From the NCBI GenBank assembly GCA_947599755.1, contig CANQFO010000001.1, forward strand, positions 1-40,159: a stretch of 40,159 bases of DNA, in the 5' to 3' direction. The position numbers were made by a program, and so were the translations under genes. Below are positions 1 to 9,462 of this stretch, in pieces. Source of the DNA: an uncultured Bacilli bacterium. GTDB taxonomy: Bacteria; Bacillota_I; Bacilli_A; RF39; UBA660. Each line of letters begins with the position of its first letter. Position 1 is the stretch's first letter. The notes under the pieces were generated by a model, which worked only from the letters and a program-made list of their open reading frames with translations, ran no database searches and was not told the origin of the DNA.

Positions 1-42
1 TTGAGATTTATTTCATCATTAGAATTAGTTGAGGTATAACTC

Positions 43-612
43 ATGAACAATAATGAAATTGTAAATTTAATATATGAGAAAGAATTAGAAATAAAAAAAT
101 TGAAAATTGAAATTGAAGAATTAAAAGATAAGTTGAATAAACCAATTATTAATGACACTGAATTATCTTTAACTAGAGAAGAAAAAGTCAAAGTATTTAT
201 GAATTACTTTAGAGGTAGAGATGATGTTTATCCATATTTATCAATAGATAAAAATAATCCTAAAATTAAATATTATATCCCAGCATGTGTAAATGAGTGG
301 AAGCAAGGTGTATGCAATAAAACGATGGGCAAAAAATGTAAGAATTGCCAGTACAGGGAAAATAAGCCTTTATCAAAGGAAGTTATCTATAATCACATGT
401 ATGGAAATAATCCAATAGGAATTTATCCTTTATTAGAAAATGATACTTGCTACTTTCTATCTTTAGATTTTGATAATAAAAATACTAATAATGATATTAA
501 AAATGACGTATTAGCATTCGCTAGTATCTGTGATGAATATAAAATACCAATTGCTATAGAACGCAGTAGATCAGGAAATGGAATTCATATTTGGATTCCA
601 TGTTCGATTTGA
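43..612 (+). pseudogene. Truncated N-terminal fragment of an archaeo-eukaryotic primase (AEP/PrimPol)-like protein, normally the N-terminus of a much larger helicase-type fusion protein
   Basis: Coiled-coil N-terminus, then AEP motif I DxD (LSLDFDNKN) and motif II sGxGxHxW (SRSGNGIHIWI). The frame stops at TGA 610-612 a few codons after motif II, with no downstream domains. SD GAGGT lies before ATG 43. Confidence 0.6.
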
Positions 613-775
613 GAGTATTCATCCTTTTCAAGATGGAAATGGTCGTATAGGAAAAATGATCATGTTCAGAGTAAGAGGTATGAAAGAGCATAAAACAAAT
701 GGTGAAAAAAGTTACTTAATAGATACTTGTCTAAATAGTCAAGATAATTATGAGAAGATGGTTAACTTTTTTTAG
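578..775 (+). pseudogene. Fic/DOC-family (AMPylase-type) domain remnant
   Basis: Canonical Fic active-site motif HPFxDGNGR (FESIHPFQDGNGRIGKMIMF). Only about 60 codons remain, with no N-terminal Fic helices and no credible RBS. Fic-like sequence starts around nt 596 in a different frame from the AEP fragment. Confidence 0.65.
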
Positions 776-879
776 AAGATGATGAATAGTGAATCATTTG
801 TTAAGAACGAATATGTTTTTAATAGAAAATAAAATTTATGAAAAGTAAAACAATGTAAATATAAGGAATGTGAATAGAT

Positions 880-1869
880 ATGAATATAAATTTATTTTTT
901 AACAAAATGGTTAGAGAACTTAATTTAGGAAATATAATTGAAAAACCTTTAAAGGTAACTGGTGGTCTAACACATAGGATGTTTAAGATAGTTACTGATA
1001 AAGGAAAATATATTGTTAAATTGTTAAATCCTAACATAATGAAAAGACCTACTGCAATGAGTAATTTTAATAGGGCTGATAAGTATGAAGAAATATTAAA
1101 AGAAAATGGTATTAAAGCAGTTTACTCACTAATATTTAATGATAAAAAAATGCAAGAAATTGCTGGGCAATACTTTTATGTATATGAGTGGTATGATGGT
1201 AAATCTTTAAAAGACGGTGAAATAACAAAATACCATTGTCAAGAAATGGGTAAAGTACTTGCAAAAATTCATAATATTGATTTAGTTAATAAAGAATTTA
1301 GTGATAATGAAAAAAATATAGATTTCAAATATTATATTAATTTATCCAAAGAAAAGAAATCACCAATATATGATTTAATATATGATAAATTAGATATTTT
1401 AAATGATAGTATGAATAAAGGTAATAAAGCAATTAAAAATTTACCAAATTATTTTTCTATTTGTCATAATGATATGGATTCTAAAAATGTAATGTGGTTA
1501 AATGATGATTATAAATTAATTGATTTAGAATGTCTAGGTTATTCTAATCCATATTTAGAATTATATGAACTAGCATTATGTTGGTCTGGTTATGAAAAGT
1601 GTAATATTAATTTTGATTTATTCAAAACATTCTTTAAAGCATATTTTGATAATACTAAACTAGATAAAAATGTAGATTGGGAAAGTATTTATTATGCAAA
1701 TAATGGAAGACTTGAATGGTTAGAATTTAATATAAAAAGATCATTAATGATTGATTGTGATACAAAAGAAGAACAAGAAATAGGAATAAATGAAGTAAAA
1801 GAAACAATAGAACATGTTATTTATTATGATAAAGTGAAAAATGATATACTAATGAATATAAATGAATAA
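880..1869 (+). CDS. Phosphotransferase-family kinase (APH/choline-kinase fold), substrate unknown
   Basis: Gly-rich N-lobe followed by Lys (VTGGLTHRMFKIVTDKGKYIVKLL). Brenner motif HxDxxxxN (CHNDMDSKNVMW) followed by IDLE (DxE metal site). Confidence 0.8.
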   Translation: MNINLFFNKMVRELNLGNIIEKPLKVTGGLTHRMFKIVTDKGKYIVKLLNPNIMKRPTAMSNFNRADKYEEILKENGIKAVYSLIFNDKKMQEIAGQYFYVYEWYDGKSLKDGEITKYHCQEMGKVLAKIHNIDLVNKEFSDNEKNIDFKYYINLSKEKKSPIYDLIYDKLDILNDSMNKGNKAIKNLPNYFSICHNDMDSKNVMWLNDDYKLIDLECLGYSNPYLELYELALCWSGYEKCNINFDLFKTFFKAYFDNTKLDKNVDWESIYYANNGRLEWLEFNIKRSLMIDCDTKEEQEIGINEVKETIEHVIYYDKVKNDILMNINE

Positions 1870-1884
1870 AGGAAAGTGGTAAAT

Positions 1885-2922
1885 ATGATAAAACCTGAAA
1901 TGTTAAAAAAGGGAGATAAAATTGCCGTTGTTAGTTTGTCTAGTGGGATGTTAGGCGATGATAAATTTATTCATAAATATTATATTGCTAAAAAAAGATT
2001 AGAAGAGGAATTTGGATTAGAAGTTGTTGCTATGCCAAATGCTTTAAAAGGTAGTAAATTCATATATGAATATCCTGAAGCAAGAGCAAAAGATTTAATG
2101 GATGCATTTAAAGATGATTCAATAAAAGGAATTTTTTGTGCTATTGGTGGAGATGATTCTATAAGATTATTACCATATATAGATTATGATGTGATAAGAA
2201 ATAATCCCAAAATATTTATGGGGTATTCAGATACTACAGTTAATCATTTAATGATGAATAAAGCTGGAATAGTATCTTTTTATGGACCATCAATAATGTG
2301 TGAATTTGGTGAATATGTAAAAATGTTTGATTATACAAGACAAGCAGTAGAAGATATCTTATTTAATAATTGTGAAAATTATGAAATAAAATCAAGTGAA
2401 GTTTGGTCAAATGATTTTGTTTCATGGAAAGAAGAAAATATGAATGTTGCTAAAAAAACTTTACCAGAGGAACATGGATATGAAATTTTACAGGGATCAG
2501 GTATTATAACTGGAAAATTACTAGGTGGATGTATTGATGTCTTTCCAATGGTAATTGGAACAGAAATATGGCCAACTAAAGCTGAATGGAAAGATAAAAT
2601 ATTGTTATTAGAAACAAGTGAAGAAAAGCCAAGTCCTGATTTAGTAACTTATTATTTAAGAAACTTAGGTGTTCAAGGAATATTTGATGTTATTAAAGGC
2701 ATTATAGTTGGAAAACCGCAAGATGAAAAATATTATGAAGAGTATAAAGAAGTTTATAAAAAAGTTTTAAAAGAATTTAATAAGGAAGAGTTACCAATAT
2801 TATATAATGTTAATATAGGACATGCTTATCCAATTGGGATATTACCACTTGGTACAGATATACAAATAGATTTTACTAATAAAAAAGTATACTTACTTGA
2901 ATCACCAACCAAAGAAAAATAA
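1885..2922 (+). CDS. S66-family LD-carboxypeptidase (LdcA/MccF-like)
   Basis: Ser nucleophile motif GYSDTT, conserved GGDD, Glu (LLETSEE) and His (IGHAYP) of the S66 triad. ATG 1885 sits behind an AAAGGAAAG SD; the ORF-track GTG 1876 is an alternative start. Confidence 0.85.
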   Translation: MIKPEMLKKGDKIAVVSLSSGMLGDDKFIHKYYIAKKRLEEEFGLEVVAMPNALKGSKFIYEYPEARAKDLMDAFKDDSIKGIFCAIGGDDSIRLLPYIDYDVIRNNPKIFMGYSDTTVNHLMMNKAGIVSFYGPSIMCEFGEYVKMFDYTRQAVEDILFNNCENYEIKSSEVWSNDFVSWKEENMNVAKKTLPEEHGYEILQGSGIITGKLLGGCIDVFPMVIGTEIWPTKAEWKDKILLLETSEEKPSPDLVTYYLRNLGVQGIFDVIKGIIVGKPQDEKYYEEYKEVYKKVLKEFNKEELPILYNVNIGHAYPIGILPLGTDIQIDFTNKKVYLLESPTKEK

Positions 2923-2960
2923 GATAAAGAATTGATAAGAAGGATAAATTGAGAGTTTGT

Positions 2961-3836
2961 TCAATAAATATTTTTTCTCAACTGCTTTTTTATCAATTTT
3001 GCATGAATAACAATTCGCCCACCTTGATTATTTTGACATGTAGATAACGTCAAAATTTTATCATTTACTCCAACTGTTGTATCAATAGAAGAAATGTTTC
3101 TTTTTTTCATGACATTAAGCCATTTTTTTTTAGTAGCATGATCGATAAAATCAGTTGTTATATAATATTTTTCACTTTGAATAGTATAAATTGAAAATAT
3201 TTGAAATATCATATTTTCTTTTAAAGTAGATAACCATATAACATAATTATCTTTATTATTTTGCCAATTACTGGAAAGCATATCTTTCAAAGAACCAAAC
3301 AAAGTTTTATCAAGTCTACCATGACCATATATTATAGTATTATCGCTCAAACAATCAATATTATTACGATAATCCATAAATATCCAACCTGCATGATTAA
3401 ATTCTCGATAAAAAGAATGATTAAGATAGTATTGATTATCCATCGCTTGAACAACAGGATAATGAATATTAGTATTTTTTATGTGAATAAATGCTACTGT
3501 ATCACTATTTTTAGAAGAAAGAATAGAAAAATTAACTTCATAAAAAGGAAATTTTACATAATACCAATAATTACTATTTAGATCACTATCTGGATTAACA
3601 AATTCTCCTTTATCAATAATTTGATTTAAATGAATATTATCGCTAATTTCCGACTTTATTTTTTTAATATTGGAATTATCTTGAAACCAATGAAATATAT
3701 TATATAGTGAGAAGATAATAATAATAAGACATAATATAAAAAAAATAGAAAATAGTATTGTACTTTTCTTACTTTTATTAAAACTATCAAATGATTGTGT
3801 CTCAAAATATTCTTCTATTTTAATATATTTTTTCAC
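2961..3836 (-). CDS. srtB: Class B sortase
   Basis: N-terminal TM anchor, class-B-type stretch (AFIHIKNTNIHYPVVQAMDNQYYLNH), catalytic His (IIYGHG), TLxTC motif (LTLSTCQ) and downstream Arg (GGRIV). GTG start with GAGGTGA SD. Confidence 0.85.
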   Translation of the reverse strand: MKKYIKIEEYFETQSFDSFNKSKKSTILFSIFFILCLIIIIFSLYNIFHWFQDNSNIKKIKSEISDNIHLNQIIDKGEFVNPDSDLNSNYWYYVKFPFYEVNFSILSSKNSDTVAFIHIKNTNIHYPVVQAMDNQYYLNHSFYREFNHAGWIFMDYRNNIDCLSDNTIIYGHGRLDKTLFGSLKDMLSSNWQNNKDNYVIWLSTLKENMIFQIFSIYTIQSEKYYITTDFIDHATKKKWLNVMKKRNISSIDTTVGVNDKILTLSTCQNNQGGRIVIHAKLIKKQLRKNIY

Positions 3837-3920
3837 TTTAACTCACCTCATTTTAAATTAAAATTATCATTTGTGAAAAAATATGGATATATATTATTTT
3901 ATGAAAAAAGGAGTATAATC

Positions 3921-4592
3921 ATGAAAAAAATGATATTTTCTATGATAGTTATATTAATAGCTATTACAAGCATACCAAATGTTTTTGCAGATAGTACATA
4001 TGGAACGGTCACAGATATTACAAAAAAAGCAGGAGATTCTCTTACTCAAGGCCAAGGAACGATAGAAACTAAAGGAGATACAACAACAATTAGATATTCT
4101 GCTGCAACATTCCAAATGTTACCAGAAGATCCTGATGCCACAGGCGGAGCTAGACCTGGACCAGCTGCTTGGATTGGTTTTGAAATAACTGAACCAGATG
4201 AAGGAAACTCCAAATTTAAGGTAACAACACCAGATAATAAAACAACATTAATTAGTGCTAAAAGTTATAAAGATTATGTAGGAATTACACCTAATAATTT
4301 AAAAAAAGCTCTTTTAGAAGGTAAAGTATTAACATATAAATATTCATTTGATTGGGATGAAAATAATACTAACGATCAGTATGTTATTATTGAAGTAGAT
4401 CCTACTGAAATTACTTTATTATCAGTAGGAGATAAAAAAGAAGTATGGTCTCCAACAATAGCAAAAAACACCTTAGCTGCTAATACAGAAGATAATCCAA
4501 ATACTTCAGATATTAATATATTTACAATATTAGGAATAATAGTAGTAAGTGGATTTGGACTAATTTATAGCTTTAAAAAAATATTCAATTAG
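3921..4592 (+). CDS. Small cell-wall-anchored surface protein with an NPxTx (sortase B-type) sorting signal
   Basis: ATG 3921 preceded by AAAGGAG, so the ORF-track 3795 extension is rejected. Signal peptide MKKMIFSMIVILIAITSIPNVFA. The C-terminus has NPNTS (nt 4494-4508), a hydrophobic helix and a KKIFN tail. It lies divergent to srtB. Confidence 0.7.
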   Translation: MKKMIFSMIVILIAITSIPNVFADSTYGTVTDITKKAGDSLTQGQGTIETKGDTTTIRYSAATFQMLPEDPDATGGARPGPAAWIGFEITEPDEGNSKFKVTTPDNKTTLISAKSYKDYVGITPNNLKKALLEGKVLTYKYSFDWDENNTNDQYVIIEVDPTEITLLSVGDKKEVWSPTIAKNTLAANTEDNPNTSDINIFTILGIIVVSGFGLIYSFKKIFN

Positions 4593-4886
4593 TCAATAAT
4601 CATCCATATAAATAAGATATTGAAATAAACAAAGTAATATAAAATAAAAGGAATTGTTCAAATAAATAACTTAATTTTAAAATAATCCATTTTTCATTCA
4701 TTTCTTGATAAGAAATTGAAAAATCAATAGAATCAAAAAATTATACATCTTAAAAATGGATGTATTTTTTATTATATAGGAAAAGGAATAAATAAAAAAC
4801 AACAAAAAAGTAGAGAATGAAATAAACAAATAAATAAGATTTTCCAAAAATTAAACAGGAAATGTACAACCGAACCAAAAGATATT

Positions 4887-4913
4887 TTGAATCCTAATAA
4901 ATTTTGATATAAT
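4887..4913 (+). promoter_or_regulatory. Candidate sigma-A promoter for mod/res (TTGAAT, 15 nt spacer, extended -10 TGaTATAAT)
   Basis: TTGAAT at 4887-4892, TG at 4905-4906 and TATAAT at 4908-4913, about 40 nt upstream of the mod ATG. The spacer is short, but the extended -10 may compensate. Confidence 0.35.
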
Positions 4914-4952
4914 AAAAGAAAGAAAAATTCCAATTTAAAATGGAGGGATAAA

Positions 4953-6656
4953 ATGGATTATAATAAATTAACCAAAGAACAATTAATTGAGTTATTAGAA
5001 GAAAACGAAAATAATAATGGTAAATATGGCTTAGTTTGGGATAGAGAAAAAGAACCAGAAAAAATTGTAGAAGAATGTGATAAAAAAATTCCAATCTTAA
5101 AAGAAATATTAGATAAAGAAATTAATAATAATGAGAACTATAATCTATTAATTGAAGGGGATAATTTTCATTCCTTAAGCGTACTAAATTATACTCATCG
5201 AGAAAATATTGATGTAATTTATATTGATCCTCCCTATAATACAGGAAATAAAGATTTTATGTATAATGATCGTTTTGTAGATATAGAAGACGGATATAAA
5301 CATAGTAAATGGTTAAATTTTATGGAAAAAAGATTAAAATTAGCGAAAGAACTATTAAAAAAAGGTGGAATTATTTTTATTAGTATAGACGATAATGAAC
5401 AAGCACAATTAAAATTATTATGTGATAAGATTTTTAATCCCAAAAATTTTATTGGAAATATCATTTGGCATAAAAAAACCCAGCCTTCATTTTTAACCAA
5501 AGAATTAATTAATGTAACAGAATATATCTTAGTATATAAAAGAGATGACTCAGTAAATTTTTTTGGTGGATACACGGATACCAATAAAGCAATTGAAATG
5601 TTAAATTTACCAAATAAACGATGTGAAAGAACCTTTAATAAAAACAATGTAGATATTGGAAATGGATATACAGGATATTTAAAAAAAGGAGTTTATGGGA
5701 ACGCAGAACTTACCGTTGAATTATTAGATGACATAGATGTCATTGATGGAATACCAGATAAAGATATCAGAATGATAGGAAGATTTAAATGGGGGCAAGA
5801 AAAAATTGATCAAGCAATCAAAGAAGGGGCAATTATTTATTTTAAAAGTATAAAAACATTAAGAGCAACCCTAAGTTATCAAGGAAATGTATCTGCTAAA
5901 ATTAAACCACCAATAAATCTTCAATCAAAATTAATTAATAAAATGGCAACCAATACAGATGCTTCAAATGAATTAAAATATTTATTTGATGGAATCAATC
6001 CGATGAGTTATCCAAAACCAACAAAATTAATTAAATTCTTAATCGATAGCGTAACCCATAATAATAAAAGTGCGATTATTTTAGATTTTTTTGCCGGATC
6101 AGGGACAACAGGACAAGCTGTATTAGAATTAAACAAAGAAGATGGAGGAAATAGACAATTTATTTTATGTACAAATAATGAAGGAAAAATTTGTGAACAG
6201 ATTACTTTAAAAAGATTAGAAAAAGTAATGAATGGATATAAAGAGTTTCAAGCTTTAGGAGGAAGTCTAAAATATTATCAATGTAATTTTGTAGAAAATA
6301 GCAACAATCGAGATCAATTATATTTTGATTTAACAGAAAAATGTATTCCAATGTTATGCATAAAAGATAATAATTTTATTGAGTATAAAAAAACAGATGA
6401 ATACAAGATTTATACAAATAAAAATAAAACAAAATATTCATGTGTATATTACTCATTATTTGGAGAAAAAGAAGAAGAATTTATCAAAGAATTAGAAAAT
6501 CTAAAAGGATCAAAAACAATTTATAAATTTACATTAGGAGATAGTGTTGATAAAAATAACTTTCAAAATATCTCTAATTATAAAATAGAACCAATTCCAT
6601 ATAAAATAGTAGAACTATATAAGAAAATAGTAAAAATGAGTAGGGAGAATCAGTAA
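4953..6656 (+). CDS. mod: Type III restriction-modification DNA methyltransferase (Mod, beta-class N6-adenine/N4-cytosine MTase)
   Basis: Motif IV DPPY (VIYIDPPYNTGN) is N-terminal. The SAM motif I FxGxG (LDFFAGSGTTGQA) is C-terminal, with a variable TRD between them, giving beta-class order. SD GGAGGG. The stop overlaps the res start (TAATG). Confidence 0.9.
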   Translation: MDYNKLTKEQLIELLEENENNNGKYGLVWDREKEPEKIVEECDKKIPILKEILDKEINNNENYNLLIEGDNFHSLSVLNYTHRENIDVIYIDPPYNTGNKDFMYNDRFVDIEDGYKHSKWLNFMEKRLKLAKELLKKGGIIFISIDDNEQAQLKLLCDKIFNPKNFIGNIIWHKKTQPSFLTKELINVTEYILVYKRDDSVNFFGGYTDTNKAIEMLNLPNKRCERTFNKNNVDIGNGYTGYLKKGVYGNAELTVELLDDIDVIDGIPDKDIRMIGRFKWGQEKIDQAIKEGAIIYFKSIKTLRATLSYQGNVSAKIKPPINLQSKLINKMATNTDASNELKYLFDGINPMSYPKPTKLIKFLIDSVTHNNKSAIILDFFAGSGTTGQAVLELNKEDGGNRQFILCTNNEGKICEQITLKRLEKVMNGYKEFQALGGSLKYYQCNFVENSNNRDQLYFDLTEKCIPMLCIKDNNFIEYKKTDEYKIYTNKNKTKYSCVYYSLFGEKEEEFIKELENLKGSKTIYKFTLGDSVDKNNFQNISNYKIEPIPYKIVELYKKIVKMSRENQ

Positions 6657-8938
6657 TGAAAGAGTTAAAAAGATATCAAGAAATTGCAGTGGATAAACTA
6701 ATCAAAAGAACAAAAGAATTTTTAGAAGAAGAAGGAAATGAAACAATTGTTTTTGCATCTCCTACTGGATCGGGAAAAACATTTATGGCCACTCAATATA
6801 TCAACAATTTAATTAAAGAAGTAAATGATGATCTTTGCTTTTTATGGGTTAGTATTGGAAAAGGAGAACTTCATCGCCAAAGTATGAAAAGTGTAAAACA
6901 AAATATAAGTGATTCAATAAACTGTTCAATTTTAGAAGATGATTTTTTTGGTTCTAGAACAAGACTAGAACAAAATGAAATTGTATTTTTAAATTGGGAA
7001 AAGATAAGATCAAAAGACAAAAAAACAGGAGAATGGAAAAACCTAGCGATGAAAGAACAAGAAACCAATAATTTTCCTGAAGTACTAGAAGCAACAAGAA
7101 GAATAGGTAGAAAAATTATCTTGATCATTGATGAAAGTCATGCCAGTGCTAATAGTGAAAGAGCCTTAGAAATTAGAGATAAAATTGTAAAACCAGAAAT
7201 TACGATTGAAATGAGTGCAACCCCTGTTTTAACAATGGATAGTGATAGCAGAATTATAGTAAAGGCAATCGACGTAATTGAAGAAGGAATGATCAAAAAA
7301 GAAGTACTCGTTAATCCAGATATAGAAAACATTATGGAAGATGAAATGGATTCTCAAAAATTAATTATTCAAAGCGCTATCAATAAAAGAAATGAATTAG
7401 TAAAATCTTATCAAGAAGAAAATACAAATATAAATCCCTTAGTATTAATTCAAATTCCAAATTCTAATACAGGAGAAGATAAAAAAAATGCTATGATCAA
7501 AATACTAAGAGAAAAAGGAATTACAGAACAAAATTCTAAATTAGCCATTTGGTTAAGCGATGAAAAAATAAATACAGAATCTGATACTCTTCTTCCGTTA
7601 GATAGTAAAATAGAATATTTAATTTTTAAACAAGCAATTGATACTGGCTGGGATTGTCCTAGAGCACAAATTTTAGTAAAATTCAGAGAAATAAAAAGTA
7701 CTACTTTTGAAATTCAAACAGTAGGTAGAATTCTAAGAATGCCAGAAGCTAAGCACTATTTACATGAAGAATTAAATAAAGCATATGTCTATACAAATAT
7801 TCAATCAATTATTGTAGAAAAAGAAATTTATAATCCAAATATTATAAAAAGTTTAGTATCCCATCGCTCAGAAAAATACCACCCCATAAAATTACTATCA
7901 TACTATAAACAAAGAATAGATAATGGAGATATCACTTCGAGTTTCTATCCTACATTCGAAAAAATTTTTTGCCAATATTTTGAAATCAACCAAGAAAAGT
8001 TACCAGATTATTATGAAAATATGGAAAAGTTAAAACAGAAAGGATTAAAAACAGATTTTAACAAAATGGATACCATGATAAAAGACGGACAAGTATCATC
8101 AGAAATATTAGATACATTAAAAGAAGAAATCAAAGGAGATATTTTTTCCGTAAATTTTAGTGAAAATGATTTAGAAGCACAATTTGAAAATATAATCAAA
8201 AATAATTTAAATGGCTTTGCTCCAAGAAGATCACTTTCCCCCGTAAAACAGGCAATTTATTTTACTTTTAAAAAACAATTAAATATCAATTGTGTAAAAG
8301 GAGGATCATTATATATCCAAAACATAATAGTAAAAAATCAATCTCTATTTGAGATGATTTTAGATAAAGCTACCAAGGCATATAAACAAGTTCACGAAGA
8401 AGAAGTAAAGAAAAAAAGCATAGAGAAGTTTAATCCAGAATGGGAAATTTCATCTACCAAAAATTATAATCCAAAAACTCATCAAAAATACAACTTAGAC
8501 TTATCACTATATCAACCACTATATATAAAAATAGACGATAATGGAGATCCAAATCAATTAGAAATAGATTTTATGAACTATATCAATTCCAAAAAAGAAT
8601 CAGTAGAATGGATATGGCAAAATGGAGAAGAACATATGGAATCTAATTTTGGTATTCAAAAAGAAAATGGTTCTACCTTTCAACCAGATTTTTTAATTCG
8701 ATTTAAAGATGGAAGAATTGGTATTTTTGATACAAAAGGTGGAGATAGAAAAACAGATGATCAAGAAAAAGCAAAAGCCTTAAGAAAATATATAAATGAA
8801 GAACGATTCAAAGGAAAAAATTTAATTGGAGGATTAGTAATAAAATCTGGCTCACAATTTAGAGTAAACATAAATGAAACATTTGAACCATTTGATGAAA
8901 ATCCTGATGCATGGCAATATTTTGAACAACTATTATAA
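6656..8938 (+). CDS. res: Type III restriction enzyme Res subunit (SF2 helicase plus C-terminal PD-(D/E)xK nuclease)
   Basis: Walker A (ASPTGSGKT), DEAH-type box (IIDESH), motif III (SATP), motif VI (QTVGRILRMP) and a C-terminal nuclease-like core (FQPDFLIRF...GIFDTKG). Translationally coupled to mod. Confidence 0.85.
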   Translation: MKELKRYQEIAVDKLIKRTKEFLEEEGNETIVFASPTGSGKTFMATQYINNLIKEVNDDLCFLWVSIGKGELHRQSMKSVKQNISDSINCSILEDDFFGSRTRLEQNEIVFLNWEKIRSKDKKTGEWKNLAMKEQETNNFPEVLEATRRIGRKIILIIDESHASANSERALEIRDKIVKPEITIEMSATPVLTMDSDSRIIVKAIDVIEEGMIKKEVLVNPDIENIMEDEMDSQKLIIQSAINKRNELVKSYQEENTNINPLVLIQIPNSNTGEDKKNAMIKILREKGITEQNSKLAIWLSDEKINTESDTLLPLDSKIEYLIFKQAIDTGWDCPRAQILVKFREIKSTTFEIQTVGRILRMPEAKHYLHEELNKAYVYTNIQSIIVEKEIYNPNIIKSLVSHRSEKYHPIKLLSYYKQRIDNGDITSSFYPTFEKIFCQYFEINQEKLPDYYENMEKLKQKGLKTDFNKMDTMIKDGQVSSEILDTLKEEIKGDIFSVNFSENDLEAQFENIIKNNLNGFAPRRSLSPVKQAIYFTFKKQLNINCVKGGSLYIQNIIVKNQSLFEMILDKATKAYKQVHEEEVKKKSIEKFNPEWEISSTKNYNPKTHQKYNLDLSLYQPLYIKIDDNGDPNQLEIDFMNYINSKKESVEWIWQNGEEHMESNFGIQKENGSTFQPDFLIRFKDGRIGIFDTKGGDRKTDDQEKAKALRKYINEERFKGKNLIGGLVIKSGSQFRVNINETFEPFDENPDAWQYFEQLL

Positions 8939-8939
8939 A

Positions 8940-9404
8940 TTATAAAGTATTTAAAATATAAATAGTTAAAGAAAGAATCGTTGCAAATAAAGACAAGAGT
9001 ACATAAGGATCCAACAACTTAGTACTTTTTTCATTCAATTGAAATGTTTCTTGGTAAAGGAACAGACCACTAACAAAAGTACCTAAACAAGATATAAATC
9101 CCAAAAAAGGATTTTTTAATCCAAAAAAGACAAACGAATAACCCTGATTAAATAAATAATTAATCAAAAGAGTATAAAGATAAGATTTAGGAATATTTCG
9201 AAATGAATATTTCAAAAAAATATGCGTCATACTAAGAGCAATACAAAAATAAACGATTGGCCAAACAATCCCATAAAAATAAGAAGGAGGAGCAAAAAAA
9301 GGTAACTTTAATTGCTGATAATAAGAATAATCTAGTGGAAAAAGGGATGAGAAAAACCAAGGAAAAAAACAAAGAATAAAAACCAAAAACTTCAAAAAAA
9401 TCAC
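8940..9404 (-). CDS. tspO: TspO/MBR-family (tryptophan-rich sensory protein-like) membrane protein
   Basis: Five-helix hydrophobic profile with a TspO-like stretch (LKLPFFAPPSYFYGIVWPIVYFCIALSM). The start is uncertain (GTG 9404 or TTG 9395; SD AAGAGG). Its stop lies 1 nt from the res stop. Confidence 0.65.
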   Translation of the reverse strand: MIFLKFLVFILCFFPWFFSSLFPLDYSYYQQLKLPFFAPPSYFYGIVWPIVYFCIALSMTHIFLKYSFRNIPKSYLYTLLINYLFNQGYSFVFFGLKNPFLGFISCLGTFVSGLFLYQETFQLNEKSTKLLDPYVLLSLFATILSLTIYILNTL

Positions 9405-9462
9405 CTCTTTCCATATTTTATGTTTTAGTATATAATAATATTAGTATTTTTAGGAGGAAGAA

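Noticed and set aside
590-610. Short inverted repeat GGAAT...ATTCC flanking the AEP/Fic junction, as a recombination site
   Set aside because: Only 5 bp per arm, which is far too short to distinguish from chance.
5468-5480. Homopolymeric A runs in mod/res (for example A7 near 5470) as Type III phase-variation tracts
   Set aside because: The runs are at most about 7-8 nt and typical of the background composition. Known phase-variable mod genes carry much longer homopolymers or multi-copy tetra/pentanucleotide repeats.
5234-5647. Antisense ORFs listed in the track inside well-supported genes. Examples: 819-1037, 3261-3581, 4894-5094, 5234-5647, 6871-7128, 7138-7332, 8011-8199, 9232-9414, 11007-11357, 11500-11712, 14481-14684, 15586-15855, 16872-17060, 18294-18705, 19701-19951, 21978-22205, 22465-22938, 23159-23347, 23937-24221, 24966-25172, 28569-28769, 28961-29200, 29880-30212, 30835-31149, 31285-31467, 32872-33384, 33679-34104, 36378-36608, 38682-38969, 39146-39578.
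   Set aside because: Each overlaps a gene with clear family motifs on the other strand or frame and lacks an SD. Their translations are low-complexity Leu/Ile/Phe/Ser strings, as expected from stop-poor antisense frames of AT-rich DNA.
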